Part shown: positions 21,675 through 31,365 of the stretch, piece after piece
How positions within the stretch are numbered: position 1 is the stretch's first letter
Layout of the letters: each line of letters starts with the position of its first letter
Source of the DNA: Halarcobacter sp.
Lineage (GTDB): Bacteria; Campylobacterota; Campylobacteria; Campylobacterales; Arcobacteraceae
Assembly: GCA_963676565.1 (NCBI GenBank)
Contig: OY781089.1
Span: 864,001-928,000, forward strand
Length of the DNA: 64,000 nucleotides
Direction of reading: 5' to 3'
Notes under the pieces: generated by a model
What the model was told of the DNA's origin: nothing
Database searches by the model: none
What the model saw: the letters and a program-made list of their open reading frames with translations, nothing else
Program-made: the position numbers and the translations under genes

Positions 21675-21737
21675 CACTTATTTTGATAACTTATTCTTAT
21701 AATACAAGAAAAAAATCAAAAAATCTTATAAATTTAG

Positions 21738-21787
21738 TGAATATTCATTCAAGAATAAGAATAATTTATCAATTATCATGTTAAAAT
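21738..21787 (+). promoter_or_regulatory. TGAAT-N4-ATTCA palindrome and extended -10 (TGtTAAAAT) upstream of psrA
   Basis: TGAATATTCATTCA at 21738-21751; TAAAAT at 21782-21787. The same spacing recurs at two other promoters. Confidence 0.6.
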
Positions 21788-21842
21788 TATACAGTTAATA
21801 TAAAATAATAAGTAAATATTAATAATAAAGAGGAGAGAGAAA

Positions 21843-24290
21843 ATGCAAGTTGAGATTTCAAGAAGAAAATTTCTTCAAGGTACAGTTGCCTTATCAGTTG
21901 TAGCTGCATCAACTTCTGCACTTTCAAGTACAAAAACACATGAAGATAAAAAAACATTAGGTACAACAAAAGTTTCTAATGAAAAAGGACTAAAATTAGT
22001 TCCAACTTTATGTGAAATGTGTGTTAATAAGTGTGCTGCTTATGCAAGAGTAGAAAATGGAGTAGTAACTAAACTAGATCCTAATCCACACTTTCCAAAA
22101 TCAAAAAACATGCTTTGTGCTAGGGGAAATGCAGGAATACAAGCTTTATATGACCCAGATAGATTAAAATATCCGCTCATTCGAACTGGTGAAAGAGGTG
22201 ATGGTAAATATAAAAGAGTTACATGGGATGAAGCTTATACTTATATAACCCAAAAGATGACAAAAATCTTAGATGAAGAAGAAGATAATAGATCATGTAT
22301 TGGTTATTGTGCCGGTGAAGGTATGGCAGAGCATACTTTTAAAACATTTATGTCTGACAAAATAGGTTCAACAAACTTTGTAAACCACGCATCAATCTGT
22401 ATTCAAACAGCCGTATCAGGTTATGCCCTTACAATTGGTGGATATGGACAAGCAGATTTAGAAAATGCAAAATATGTAATTATGGCTGGAGCTAATAGAG
22501 CCGAAGCTTTTATCACCCCAGATACTATGGATATTTTTAAAAGAACAAGAGGTAAAGGTGTAAAATTAACTGTTGTTGATCCTAGATTCTCTAATACTGC
22601 AATCCATGCAGATACATATTTAGCAATTAAACCAGGTACAGATTTAGCATTTGTTTTAGCTTTAACTTACCATGTAATTAAATATGAATTATATAATAGA
22701 ACTTATGTAAAAAATAACTTCTCAAATTTCGATAAATATAAAGAGCACGTATTAAGTAGTAATTATACTCCTGAGTGGGCTGAAGAGATTACTGGAGTTC
22801 CAGCGTATGAAATTAAAAAAGTTGCAGAAGAGTTTATGGCAAATGCTCCTCAATCAATATATTATCAAGGTAGAAGGTCAACTTGGGCGGGGAATGATTT
22901 CCAACTAAGACGTGCTCAAGCAATTTTCTCTGCACTTGGTGGAGGTATTGATGTTAAAGGTGGAATTGTATTTGGTAAAAAACTTCCTTTAGATTCACAT
23001 GGAACAAATGCTCCAATGTATGCAAATGCATTAGGAAGAATTGAAAAAGATGCTGCTGCTGTAATTGGTGGTTCTGGTTCTTGGATTGCTTGGAGAAATA
23101 AAATTTTAGAAGGTAAATCTCCATATCCTATTAGAGCATTTTTTATTTATAAACAAAATCCAATGTTATCAGTTCCAAATACAGAAAAAACTAAAAAGCT
23201 ATTAGAAAAAATGGATTTAGTTGTAGCTATTGATACTATGCCAAGTGATACAGCAATGATGGCAGATGTTATTTTACCTGAGTGTACATATTTAGAAAGA
23301 GAAGACCCAATAAAATCTTTTGCTGGTGTTGAACCATCTATTGCACTTAGAAAAGCTGCCGTTAAACCAATGTATGAAACTAAACCAGTTTTAGAGATTG
23401 TAAGAGGTTTAGCTGAAAAATTATCACGTCCTTTATGGGAAATAACAAAAAAATATGATGAAGATATTCAAGATGAACTTGATGGAATGTCTAAAGAAGA
23501 GATTGAAGAATATTATAAAGAAAATGGTTTTTATCTAGCAGATGTTTACCATCATACCCAAGAACAAATAAATAAAGATATGTTTGTTCCAAAATATGGT
23601 GAAAAAGCATGGAATATCTTAAGGGAAAAAGGTGTTTATTATCCTAAGTTCTCAGAGAGTTTCAAAAAACTTGATAATAATAGTTTCCAATACTACAATG
23701 AAAAAGACAAACTTTATACAGTTGTAAAACTTGAAGATGATTCAGATCATGAAGCGATTGATACTTGTATTAATCCAAAAGATATAGCAGAAGTAAAAAG
23801 ATTATTTAAAACACCAAGTAAAAAAATTGAGTGTTATTTAGGGAATATGGCAAAAAAAGGTGTAGACCCAATGCCAATATGGAAAGATGAACTTGTTAAA
23901 AAAGTTCCAAAAGGAAAATTTAAATTTATTTGTGGAAGACATGCTCAGTTTACTCAAAATGCTACACAAAATAATGTAATGCTTCTAGAGCTTATGCCAG
24001 AAAATTATGTTTGGATAAATGATAAAGAAGCTGAAGAATTAGGTATAAAACATGGAGATTTAGTTCAAATCACAAGTAGTATAGGAATTGTAAAATTGAA
24101 AGCATTTCCAACAAATAAAATTATACCAGAAACAATTTTTTATGTTCATGGATTTGGTGCACAATCAAAAGCTTTAACATTTGGATACAGAAATGGAGCT
24201 AGTTGTAATCAAATAATTGAAGATGATATAGAACCTGTATTCGGTAGTGCAATTATGCATGAAACTATTGTTACAGTAACAAAGGCTTAA
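21843..24290 (+). CDS. psrA: Polysulfide/thiosulfate reductase-like Mo-bisMGD catalytic subunit
   Basis: Tat signal SRRKFLQ; FS0 motif CEMCVNKC...CARG; Cys ligand region HASIC; ADVILP...YLER; TPSKKIE. Confidence 0.85.
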   Translation: MQVEISRRKFLQGTVALSVVAASTSALSSTKTHEDKKTLGTTKVSNEKGLKLVPTLCEMCVNKCAAYARVENGVVTKLDPNPHFPKSKNMLCARGNAGIQALYDPDRLKYPLIRTGERGDGKYKRVTWDEAYTYITQKMTKILDEEEDNRSCIGYCAGEGMAEHTFKTFMSDKIGSTNFVNHASICIQTAVSGYALTIGGYGQADLENAKYVIMAGANRAEAFITPDTMDIFKRTRGKGVKLTVVDPRFSNTAIHADTYLAIKPGTDLAFVLALTYHVIKYELYNRTYVKNNFSNFDKYKEHVLSSNYTPEWAEEITGVPAYEIKKVAEEFMANAPQSIYYQGRRSTWAGNDFQLRRAQAIFSALGGGIDVKGGIVFGKKLPLDSHGTNAPMYANALGRIEKDAAAVIGGSGSWIAWRNKILEGKSPYPIRAFFIYKQNPMLSVPNTEKTKKLLEKMDLVVAIDTMPSDTAMMADVILPECTYLEREDPIKSFAGVEPSIALRKAAVKPMYETKPVLEIVRGLAEKLSRPLWEITKKYDEDIQDELDGMSKEEIEEYYKENGFYLADVYHHTQEQINKDMFVPKYGEKAWNILREKGVYYPKFSESFKKLDNNSFQYYNEKDKLYTVVKLEDDSDHEAIDTCINPKDIAEVKRLFKTPSKKIECYLGNMAKKGVDPMPIWKDELVKKVPKGKFKFICGRHAQFTQNATQNNVMLLELMPENYVWINDKEAEELGIKHGDLVQITSSIGIVKLKAFPTNKIIPETIFYVHGFGAQSKALTFGYRNGASCNQIIEDDIEPVFGSAIMHETIVTVTKA

Positions 24291-24292
24291 CT

Positions 24293-24946
24293 ATGAATTA
24301 TGCAATGGCGTTAGATTACCAAAACTGTATTAATTGTAAAGCTTGTGAGACAGCTTGTAAAGAAGAAAATGGTGTTCAACTAGGAGCAGATAAACAAAGA
24401 ATTTGGGTAGGAATTGTTGAAGGATCAATTTTTGATAAACCTTTTGTAAATTTATACCCATCTCAATGTAATCACTGTGTAGATGCACCATGTGTTAGTG
24501 TTTGTCCAACATTTGCAAGCCATATTATTGAAGGTGGGATTGTAAAAGTAGATGCTGACAAATGTATTTTATGTAAAGGTTGTATGGAAGCATGTCCTTA
24601 TGATGCTAGATTTGTTGATGATACAAAATTAGCTGTGGATAAATGTACTTTCTGTGACCATAGAATTGAAGAAACTGGGACAACAGCATGCCAAGCAACA
24701 TGCCCTACAAATGTTAGGATGTTTGGTGACTTAGATGATGAAAATAGTGATTTAGTAAAACTTCTGAAAAAAGAAAGATTTTTCTTCCAAAAAGAGGATG
24801 CTGGAACTTTACCAAAATTGTTCTATATTGTTCCAAGAACTGATAACTATGCAAGACAAAGTATCTCTCATGATACAAAAATATATACTTGGGACAGCTT
24901 TCAAACAGAGTTTTACCAACGAAGTTTAAAGAATAAAAGGAGCTAA
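24293..24946 (+). CDS. psrB: 4Fe-4S electron-transfer subunit (PsrB/NrfC-like)
   Basis: CINCKACETAC, CNHC...CVSVCP, CILCKGCMEACP, KCTFC...CQATCP. Confidence 0.9.
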   Translation: MNYAMALDYQNCINCKACETACKEENGVQLGADKQRIWVGIVEGSIFDKPFVNLYPSQCNHCVDAPCVSVCPTFASHIIEGGIVKVDADKCILCKGCMEACPYDARFVDDTKLAVDKCTFCDHRIEETGTTACQATCPTNVRMFGDLDDENSDLVKLLKKERFFFQKEDAGTLPKLFYIVPRTDNYARQSISHDTKIYTWDSFQTEFYQRSLKNKRS

Positions 24947-24948
24947 CA

Positions 24949-26211
24949 ATGGAAAAATATACTATTGCAGGGCTTGAAATTAATAAGGTGTCATTCAAAG
25001 AACTTTTCTTTAATAAAACAATGTTTATTGCATATATCTTAATTGCTATTGCCATTGTTGGTGTTATAGAAATTTTTGAATTAAGATATTTTTCTGAAGT
25101 TGCAACTGCTCACTCTTTAGGTGTGGAACCTATTACTGACGAACTAAGACATGCTATGAGAAATGCAATATTTGGTGATGTGGGTGAGATTAGTAGAGAA
25201 AACCCATGGACTCTTTTCATTGCAAACTATATGTACATGATTTATACTGGAAGTGGAGTGATTTTTTTAGTTGCTTTAGCAGAACTATTAAATTTCAAAG
25301 TAGTTGAAAAAGTAGCTGCATCATTTATGGTAGTTGGTTTAGCAATGGTTTTTGCAGGATTATTTACTATCGCTACAGACTTAAATTTATTAAATATGCA
25401 CTGGATGTTTTTAAGTCCAAACGTAAATACTGGTATGTGGTTGATGTTACCTTTATACTTGACATATATACCTTTTGTTATGTTTGAAATATACTTAATT
25501 TTAACAAATAAAAGAGAATTAGCAAAAAAATTAGCATTTCCAATTCTAATTATGAGTATTGGTGTTGACTTAGTAGAATATTATATACAAGCAAAACTGT
25601 TTTCTATGAATACAGCAAGACATTTATGGACTGAGTTTCCAGCTTTGATGTTCTATTTTATTATCTCTGCATTCGTATCATCTTTAGGGATAATGGGAGT
25701 ACTTACTTATTTAGTTCATAGAAATAAAAGTGGATATCAAAAACTAATGGCTTTAATTAGAAAAGCTATGTTATTTTTTATATTTTTATTGGCAATATAT
25801 GAAGTAATTGGGTATTTAATTATAGACAAAGATTGGGCATTTATTATATTATTTGGTGAATTTAGGTTATTATATTTTGGTGGATATATTTTATTTACTC
25901 TTGTTTTACCATTCTTATTATTATTTAGAATATTAAAACATTATATCCTTCCTGCTTGTATTTCAGCAATCATTGGAGGTTTTATAGGTAGATATTTATT
26001 TGTCTATGGTGGTAATGCAAACCCAATGTCAGACAGGTTTGGTGTAGGTTATGAAAAATATAATTTTTATGATATTTCAACAAATTTTAATTATGTGCCA
26101 CCACATTTAGGTGAGATTTTAATTGTTATTGGCTCTATTGGTATTATTATAGCAGCTTACAAATTATTAGATACATTATTTTCAATTAATAAAGAAAGAG
26201 AATTACATTAA
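24949..26211 (+). CDS. psrC: NrfD/PsrC-family membrane anchor
   Basis: Polytopic; PW..FIANY and ARHLW motifs; follows psrAB. Confidence 0.85.
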   Translation: MEKYTIAGLEINKVSFKELFFNKTMFIAYILIAIAIVGVIEIFELRYFSEVATAHSLGVEPITDELRHAMRNAIFGDVGEISRENPWTLFIANYMYMIYTGSGVIFLVALAELLNFKVVEKVAASFMVVGLAMVFAGLFTIATDLNLLNMHWMFLSPNVNTGMWLMLPLYLTYIPFVMFEIYLILTNKRELAKKLAFPILIMSIGVDLVEYYIQAKLFSMNTARHLWTEFPALMFYFIISAFVSSLGIMGVLTYLVHRNKSGYQKLMALIRKAMLFFIFLLAIYEVIGYLIIDKDWAFIILFGEFRLLYFGGYILFTLVLPFLLLFRILKHYILPACISAIIGGFIGRYLFVYGGNANPMSDRFGVGYEKYNFYDISTNFNYVPPHLGEILIVIGSIGIIIAAYKLLDTLFSINKERELH

Positions 26212-26224
26212 TAAGGAGAAAAAA

Positions 26225-27409
26225 ATGAAATTAATTCTAAAAAGTTTAGTAGTGGTTGGATTACTAGCTACAGGTGTGTTTGCAAACGACCCAGGGGCTT
26301 TAACAAAGCCTAGTGCAAAAGTTCAGGCAATGATTGATAAATTCAATCTTAAAGTTGTAGACTTTAAATATGTTAAAGCAAGACTTGGAAAAGGAACAAG
26401 AAATACGGCTAAAATAATTTTAGTTGATGCTAGACCAGCAAAAAAATATATGGGTGGAACAATTCCTAGCTCAATTAATATCCCAGATACTGATTATGCA
26501 AATTATATTGGACAATTAAAAGATACTCCAAAAAATAAAGAGATTGTAGTTTATTGTGGTGGATGGAAATGTGGTAAATCTCCAAAAGTTGCAAATATGC
26601 TTAAAAAAGATGGATTTACAAATGTTAAATTATATCAAGCAGGTGAGCCTGAGTGGAGTAAATTAAATTATAGAGAAGTTGGGCTTCCAGTTATTAAAGC
26701 TGTTCAAGCTAAAAATAGTGGTGTTATTATTGATGCTAGACCATTTGCAAAATATTTACAAGAAACAATTCCTGGAGCAATTGCTATTCCAGATACTCAA
26801 GTTGAAGAGTTAAAAGGAAGATTTCCTGTAAATCATAGTGAAAAAATTATCACTTTCTGTGGTGGATTTAAATGTGCGAAATCTCATAAAATTGCTAAAA
26901 AATTAATCTCTATGGGATATAGTGATGTAAATGTATATGCTGCAGGTATGCCAGAATGGAAAAAAGCTGGATTAGCTACAACTAAATCAGCTTCTACAGC
27001 TAAAGCACCTATTAAAGCAGAAGGTGCAAAGTTTTCTAAAAATGGTGCTAAATTAAGTATTGACGAAGGTGGAGTTGATGGTGAATGGTTCTATGCTTTA
27101 TATAAAGATGGGAAATTACCAGAGTATATTCAAATTGTTGATATTAGAGATGCTGTAGAGTACAAAGAAGGTCATTTAAAAGGGGCTATTAATGTACCTG
27201 CTGAAAAAGCAAGTGCCAAAGATTTTTATGAAAAATTACCAAAAGGTAAAACTTTAGTATTCCATTGTAGTGCAGGTGGTAGATCTGTGGAAGCTTGGCA
27301 AAAATTACAAGGTGCAAAATACGATGTTTCTGAGATTTTCTATTTTGATGCAAATATAGATTGTAAAGGAACTGAGTGTAAAGTTGAGGTTAATGAACCT
27401 ATTGGTTAA
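26225..27409 (+). CDS. Periplasmic three-domain rhodanese (sulfurtransferase)
   Basis: Signal peptide; three DAR/DIR...G.I/LPG/KGA domains with loops CGGWKC, CGGFKC and CSAGGRS. Confidence 0.88.
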   Translation: MKLILKSLVVVGLLATGVFANDPGALTKPSAKVQAMIDKFNLKVVDFKYVKARLGKGTRNTAKIILVDARPAKKYMGGTIPSSINIPDTDYANYIGQLKDTPKNKEIVVYCGGWKCGKSPKVANMLKKDGFTNVKLYQAGEPEWSKLNYREVGLPVIKAVQAKNSGVIIDARPFAKYLQETIPGAIAIPDTQVEELKGRFPVNHSEKIITFCGGFKCAKSHKIAKKLISMGYSDVNVYAAGMPEWKKAGLATTKSASTAKAPIKAEGAKFSKNGAKLSIDEGGVDGEWFYALYKDGKLPEYIQIVDIRDAVEYKEGHLKGAINVPAEKASAKDFYEKLPKGKTLVFHCSAGGRSVEAWQKLQGAKYDVSEIFYFDANIDCKGTECKVEVNEPIG

Positions 27410-27430
27410 TTATTAATATTTTACTTATTT

Positions 27431-27464
27431 AAAAAGGGAAGAGTTTAGACTTTTCCCTTTTTTT
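27431..27464 (+). terminator. Intrinsic terminator ending the psr-rhodanese operon
   Basis: AAAAAGGGAAGAG...CTTTTCCCTTTTTT stem plus T run. Confidence 0.8.
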
Positions 27465-27476
27465 ATTTTTTGTCAT

Positions 27477-27509
27477 AAAAAAAGGCTGAAGTAAAACTTC
27501 AACCCTTTT
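27477..27509 (-). terminator. Terminator after rplT
   Basis: AAAGGCTGAAG-TAAAA-CTTCAACCCTTT imperfect stem with a T run on the minus strand. Confidence 0.65.
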
Positions 27510-27534
27510 AATTATTATTGCAAATTTATATAAA

Positions 27535-27894
27535 TTATGCTGCTAATGCTTCTTTAGCTTTTGCCACTAAAGATGAAAAACCTTCAGCATCATTGATAGC
27601 CATATCAGCTAAGATTTTTCTATCAAGTTCAATGTTAGCTAATTTTAAACCGTTCATGAATCTTGAATAGTTAATATCATTTAATCTACAAGCAGCATTG
27701 ATTCTAACGATCCAAAGCTTTCTAATATCTCTTTTTTTCTGTCTTCTATCTCTGTAAGCATATACTAATGAATGCTCTAATTGTTCTTTTGCTTTTCTAA
27801 AGTGTTTTCTTCTTCCTGAGAAAAATCCTCTAGCTTGCTTTAAAACTTTTTTGTGTCTTCTTCTTCTAACTACACCAGTTTTTACTCTAGGCAT
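27535..27894 (-). CDS. rplT: 50S ribosomal protein L20
   Basis: MPRVKTG...YAYRDRR...LWIVRINAA. Confidence 0.99.
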   Translation of the reverse strand: MPRVKTGVVRRRRHKKVLKQARGFFSGRRKHFRKAKEQLEHSLVYAYRDRRQKKRDIRKLWIVRINAACRLNDINYSRFMNGLKLANIELDRKILADMAINDAEGFSSLVAKAKEALAA

Positions 27895-27999
27895 ATCGTT
27901 TCCTTTCTTTACTCTATTTGTTTAATAGGTGTCAACTTCTTTGGTTGAACTTGTCCACTTTTTAGGTGGAGGGACTAAAAATTAAGTTTTTTTACTTAA

Positions 28000-28197
28000 T
28001 TACGCTTTGTTTAACATTAATTTAACTCTACCAGCATCAGTGCTAGCAACAGTTTGTGGTCCTCTAAGATTTCTTTTTCTCTTTTGAGACATTTTTGTTA
28101 AGATGTGGCTTCTAAAAGCTGATCCTCTTTTGATAGAACCATTCTTTTTTACTTTAAATCTTTTTAAAGCTCCACTGTTAGATTTCATCTTTGGCAT
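28000..28197 (-). CDS. rpmI: 50S ribosomal protein L35
   Basis: MPKMKS...KRFK...HILTK. Confidence 0.98.
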   Translation of the reverse strand: MPKMKSNSGALKRFKVKKNGSIKRGSAFRSHILTKMSQKRKRNLRGPQTVASTDAGRVKLMLNKA

Positions 28198-28320
28198 CGT
28201 ACAGTTCCTTTCTTATAAATTTGCATTTTCAATTAATTTAAATATTGAAAAAGTTTGAGATTTTACTTAAAAATTGCTTTAATTAAGTTTAAGTGAATAA
28301 TCAATAAGTGAGTGAGTGTT

Positions 28321-28352
28321 AAGAAAAAGAGAGAGTAGATTCTCTTTTTCTT
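28321..28352 (-). terminator. Hairpin after infC
   Basis: AAGAAAAAGAGA...TCTCTTTTTCTT inverted repeat. Confidence 0.65.
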
Positions 28353-28354
28353 AT

Positions 28355-28891
28355 TTAGTTTTTGCTGTGTTCACCTTTTGGTGTAACATACATATTTACA
28401 AATCTTCCTTCTTGTTTAGGAGCAGCTTCTCTTTGTCCATACTCTTCTAGCATAGGCCATACTCTTTCAAGTACTTCTGCACCAGCTTCAGGATGAGCCA
28501 TTTCTCGACCCTTTAGAAAAACTCTACATTTTACATGATAACCTTTCTCAAGGAATTCAATTGCATGTTTAACTTTATAGTTGATATCATTTTCTGCAAT
28601 TTTAACAGAGAATTTAACCTCTTTAACAACAATGATTTTTTGTTTTTTCTTAGCTTCTTTTTGTTTCTTTTCTTGTTGGTATTTAAATTTACCATAATCC
28701 ATAATTTTAGCAACTGGTGGTTTTCCATCAGGAGCAATAAGAACTAAGTCTAAGCCTAAGTCATCTGCAGTTTGTTGTGCATCTCTTGTTGAAATAATAC
28801 CATAGTTAGTACCATCATCCCCCATACATCTCACTTCACTTGCAGTAATGTTTTCATTCATTATTGCTTCTTGTTTTTTCCCTCTACTCAA
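28355..28891 (-). CDS. infC: Translation initiation factor IF-3
   Basis: [14 protein letters not shown] and KGRE motifs; TTG start overlapping the thrS stop. Confidence 0.97.
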   Translation of the reverse strand: MSRGKKQEAIMNENITASEVRCMGDDGTNYGIISTRDAQQTADDLGLDLVLIAPDGKPPVAKIMDYGKFKYQQEKKQKEAKKKQKIIVVKEVKFSVKIAENDINYKVKHAIEFLEKGYHVKCRVFLKGREMAHPEAGAEVLERVWPMLEEYGQREAAPKQEGRFVNMYVTPKGEHSKN

Positions 28892-30696
28892 ATTTTGCTC
28901 CCATTATTTATATCATTTAACATTTTTATGAACTCATCTTTGCTCATATTTGATTGCTCTCTTTTTCTTCTATCTCTAAGAGCTACAGTTTTATTTTCAA
29001 CCTCTTCATCTCCAAGAACTAAAATCATAGGTACTCTTTTTTTCTCTGCCATTCTAATTCTTTTATTTAATGATTCATTCATATCAAAAACTTCTGAATC
29101 AATATCATCATAAAGTAATTCTTTTTGAATCTGCTTTGCATACTCAACATGTGTATCTGCAATTGGTACAATTATTACTTGTGTAGGTGCAATTACAAAT
29201 GGGAACTCTCCAGCTGTATGTTCTGTTAAAATTCCAATAAATCTTTCAAAAGATCCAAGAATTGCTCTGTGAATCATAACTGGTTGTTCTTTTTCACCTT
29301 TGTCATTGATATATTCCATCTCAAAAGATGTTGGTAAGTTCATATCAACTTGAACAGTACCACATTGCCATTTTCTACCAATAGCATCTAAGATTTTAAT
29401 ATCAATTTTCGGACCATAAAATGCTCCACCACCTTCATCAATTCCATATTCCAAACCTTCTGAATCAAGTGCATTCATAATAGCCTTTGTTGTTGTTTCC
29501 CAGAACTCATCTGAGCCAATAGCTTTTTTAGGTTTTGTTGAAACTTCCATTTCATATTTGAAATCAAATAGTTTCATTAATGAATCAACAAATTCAAGTA
29601 CATCAATAATAACATCTTTTACTTGTGAAGGTAAACAGAAAATATGTGCATCATCTTGAGTAAACTCTCTTACCCTAAACAACCCATGCATTGCTCCACT
29701 TAATTCATGTCTATGAACAACACCATATTCAAAAAATTTCTTTGGTAAGTCTTTATATGATACTAGGTCATTTTTATAAATTTGAATATGACCAACACAG
29801 TTCATAGGTTTGATACCATACTCTTGCTCATCAATAGTAGTGAAATACATATTTTCTTTATAGTTTGCATAGTGACCAGATTTAACCCATTGATTTGCTT
29901 TTAAAATCTCTGGACCACGTACTGGCTCATAACCTCTTACTCTATGCGCTTTATAAAGAAGTTTCTCAAGTTTTCCTCTCAGTCTTGCCCCATTTGGAAG
30001 CCATAAAGGAAGTCCTGCTCCTATATCTTCATTAAACGTAAATAGTTCAAGTTCTGTTCCAAGTTTTCTATGATCTCTTTTTTTAGCTTCTTCAAGCATT
30101 CTTATATAGTCATTTAGCTCTTTTTTATCAAAGAAAGCAATACCATAGATTCTAGTAATCATTTCATTTTCTTCATCACCACCAAGATATGCTCCAGCAA
30201 CTCGTGTAAGTTTAAAAGCTCGAATCATTCTCGTATTTGGTAAATGAGGTCCTCTACATAGGTCTTCAAAGTCACCTTGTTTGTAAACCGTTAGTGTATC
30301 ATCAGTAATATTTTTTAATACAGCTTGTTTTAATTCATCATTAGCAAACTTATTTTCAATCTCTTCTCTAGACTCTTGAAATCTTTCAATAGGAAGTTTT
30401 CTATTTGCAATCTCTTTCATCTTCTTTTCAATGGTTGGAAGATCTTCATCTGAGATTTTCGAATCTACTTTAAAATCGTAATAGAACCCTTCTTTTACAA
30501 CAGGCCCTACAAAGAATTTTGCTTCAGGGTATAACTCTTTGATAGCTTGCGCCATCATGTGAGCACATGAGTGTCTGAGAATCTCAAGAGACTCAGGCGA
30601 ATTATCAGCTTTAATTTCATCACCAGTGATGTTTAAAGCTTCAGCAGTCTGAAGGTCATATATATTCCCTTCACTTAAAACACCAATTTGTTCCAA
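28888..30696 (-). CDS. thrS: Threonine--tRNA ligase
   Basis: [47 protein letters not shown] start with AAAGGA RBS. Confidence 0.99.
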   Translation of the reverse strand: MEQIGVLSEGNIYDLQTAEALNITGDEIKADNSPESLEILRHSCAHMMAQAIKELYPEAKFFVGPVVKEGFYYDFKVDSKISDEDLPTIEKKMKEIANRKLPIERFQESREEIENKFANDELKQAVLKNITDDTLTVYKQGDFEDLCRGPHLPNTRMIRAFKLTRVAGAYLGGDEENEMITRIYGIAFFDKKELNDYIRMLEEAKKRDHRKLGTELELFTFNEDIGAGLPLWLPNGARLRGKLEKLLYKAHRVRGYEPVRGPEILKANQWVKSGHYANYKENMYFTTIDEQEYGIKPMNCVGHIQIYKNDLVSYKDLPKKFFEYGVVHRHELSGAMHGLFRVREFTQDDAHIFCLPSQVKDVIIDVLEFVDSLMKLFDFKYEMEVSTKPKKAIGSDEFWETTTKAIMNALDSEGLEYGIDEGGGAFYGPKIDIKILDAIGRKWQCGTVQVDMNLPTSFEMEYINDKGEKEQPVMIHRAILGSFERFIGILTEHTAGEFPFVIAPTQVIIVPIADTHVEYAKQIQKELLYDDIDSEVFDMNESLNKRIRMAEKKRVPMILVLGDEEVENKTVALRDRRKREQSNMSKDEFIKMLNDINNGSKI

Positions 30697-30806
30697 TAAT
30701 TTCCTTTTTTTAGTTTATTTTTCGTAAATTTGCTACATTTTATCTTAAATGAACTTAAATTTATTCTTAAGTGTTATTTTTCAATATATTTTTGATAGAA
30801 TTAATT

Positions 30807-31319
30807 ATGATTTTAAATTTATCTAAAATAAAAACAGAGAGCTTATTATTGTTTTGTAAAGATTTAATTGCATCTTATAAAGATAAAGATGAAGTTATTT
30901 TTGAAATTGATGAAGATATAAATAATTATATTAATGATATTTCAAATGAGATGTATAAACAAATAGAAAAATGTACTTTCCCAAATGAACATTATATAAA
31001 TAATAGAAACCATTATAGAATTAAGGCTGTTTTACAAGGATATAACTTTATTAATAAAAGAGTTTCAAAAGAGCTTGAAAATGGAAAGCTATTTAATCCT
31101 GCAATGTTATATTTTTCAATGCTTGCAGTTTGGTTTAAAGAATTAGATAAAGAATCAAAATCAAAAGAATATATCTACTTTACAATATATCCATATGCAA
31201 ATGTTTACGACAAACTATTACTTAATATAAAAGATGAAAAATTTAAAAGATTAAATATTGAAATGATAGAGTTAGCCGAAAAAGTTGTTTTTGACTTAGA
31301 TAAGGTTTCTTTTAGATAA
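30807..31319 (+). CDS. Hypothetical protein
   Basis: Long ORF filling the gap between thrS and a terminator. ATG 30807 preferred over GTG 30771 because it directly follows TGaTAGAAT. Confidence 0.65.
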   Translation: MILNLSKIKTESLLLFCKDLIASYKDKDEVIFEIDEDINNYINDISNEMYKQIEKCTFPNEHYINNRNHYRIKAVLQGYNFINKRVSKELENGKLFNPAMLYFSMLAVWFKELDKESKSKEYIYFTIYPYANVYDKLLLNIKDEKFKRLNIEMIELAEKVVFDLDKVSFR

Positions 31320-31324
31320 AAGAT

Positions 31325-31354
31325 AAATAAAAAGAGGAAAACCTCTTTTTATTT
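31325..31354. terminator. Bidirectional terminator
   Basis: AAATAAAAAGAGG-AAAA-CCTCTTTTTATTT perfect stem between convergent genes. Confidence 0.85.
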
Positions 31355-31365
31355 TTTATAAATTC

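Noticed and set aside
21843..24290. Selenocysteine or recoding in the molybdoenzyme
   Set aside because: The ORF is uninterrupted and has Cys at the expected ligand position.
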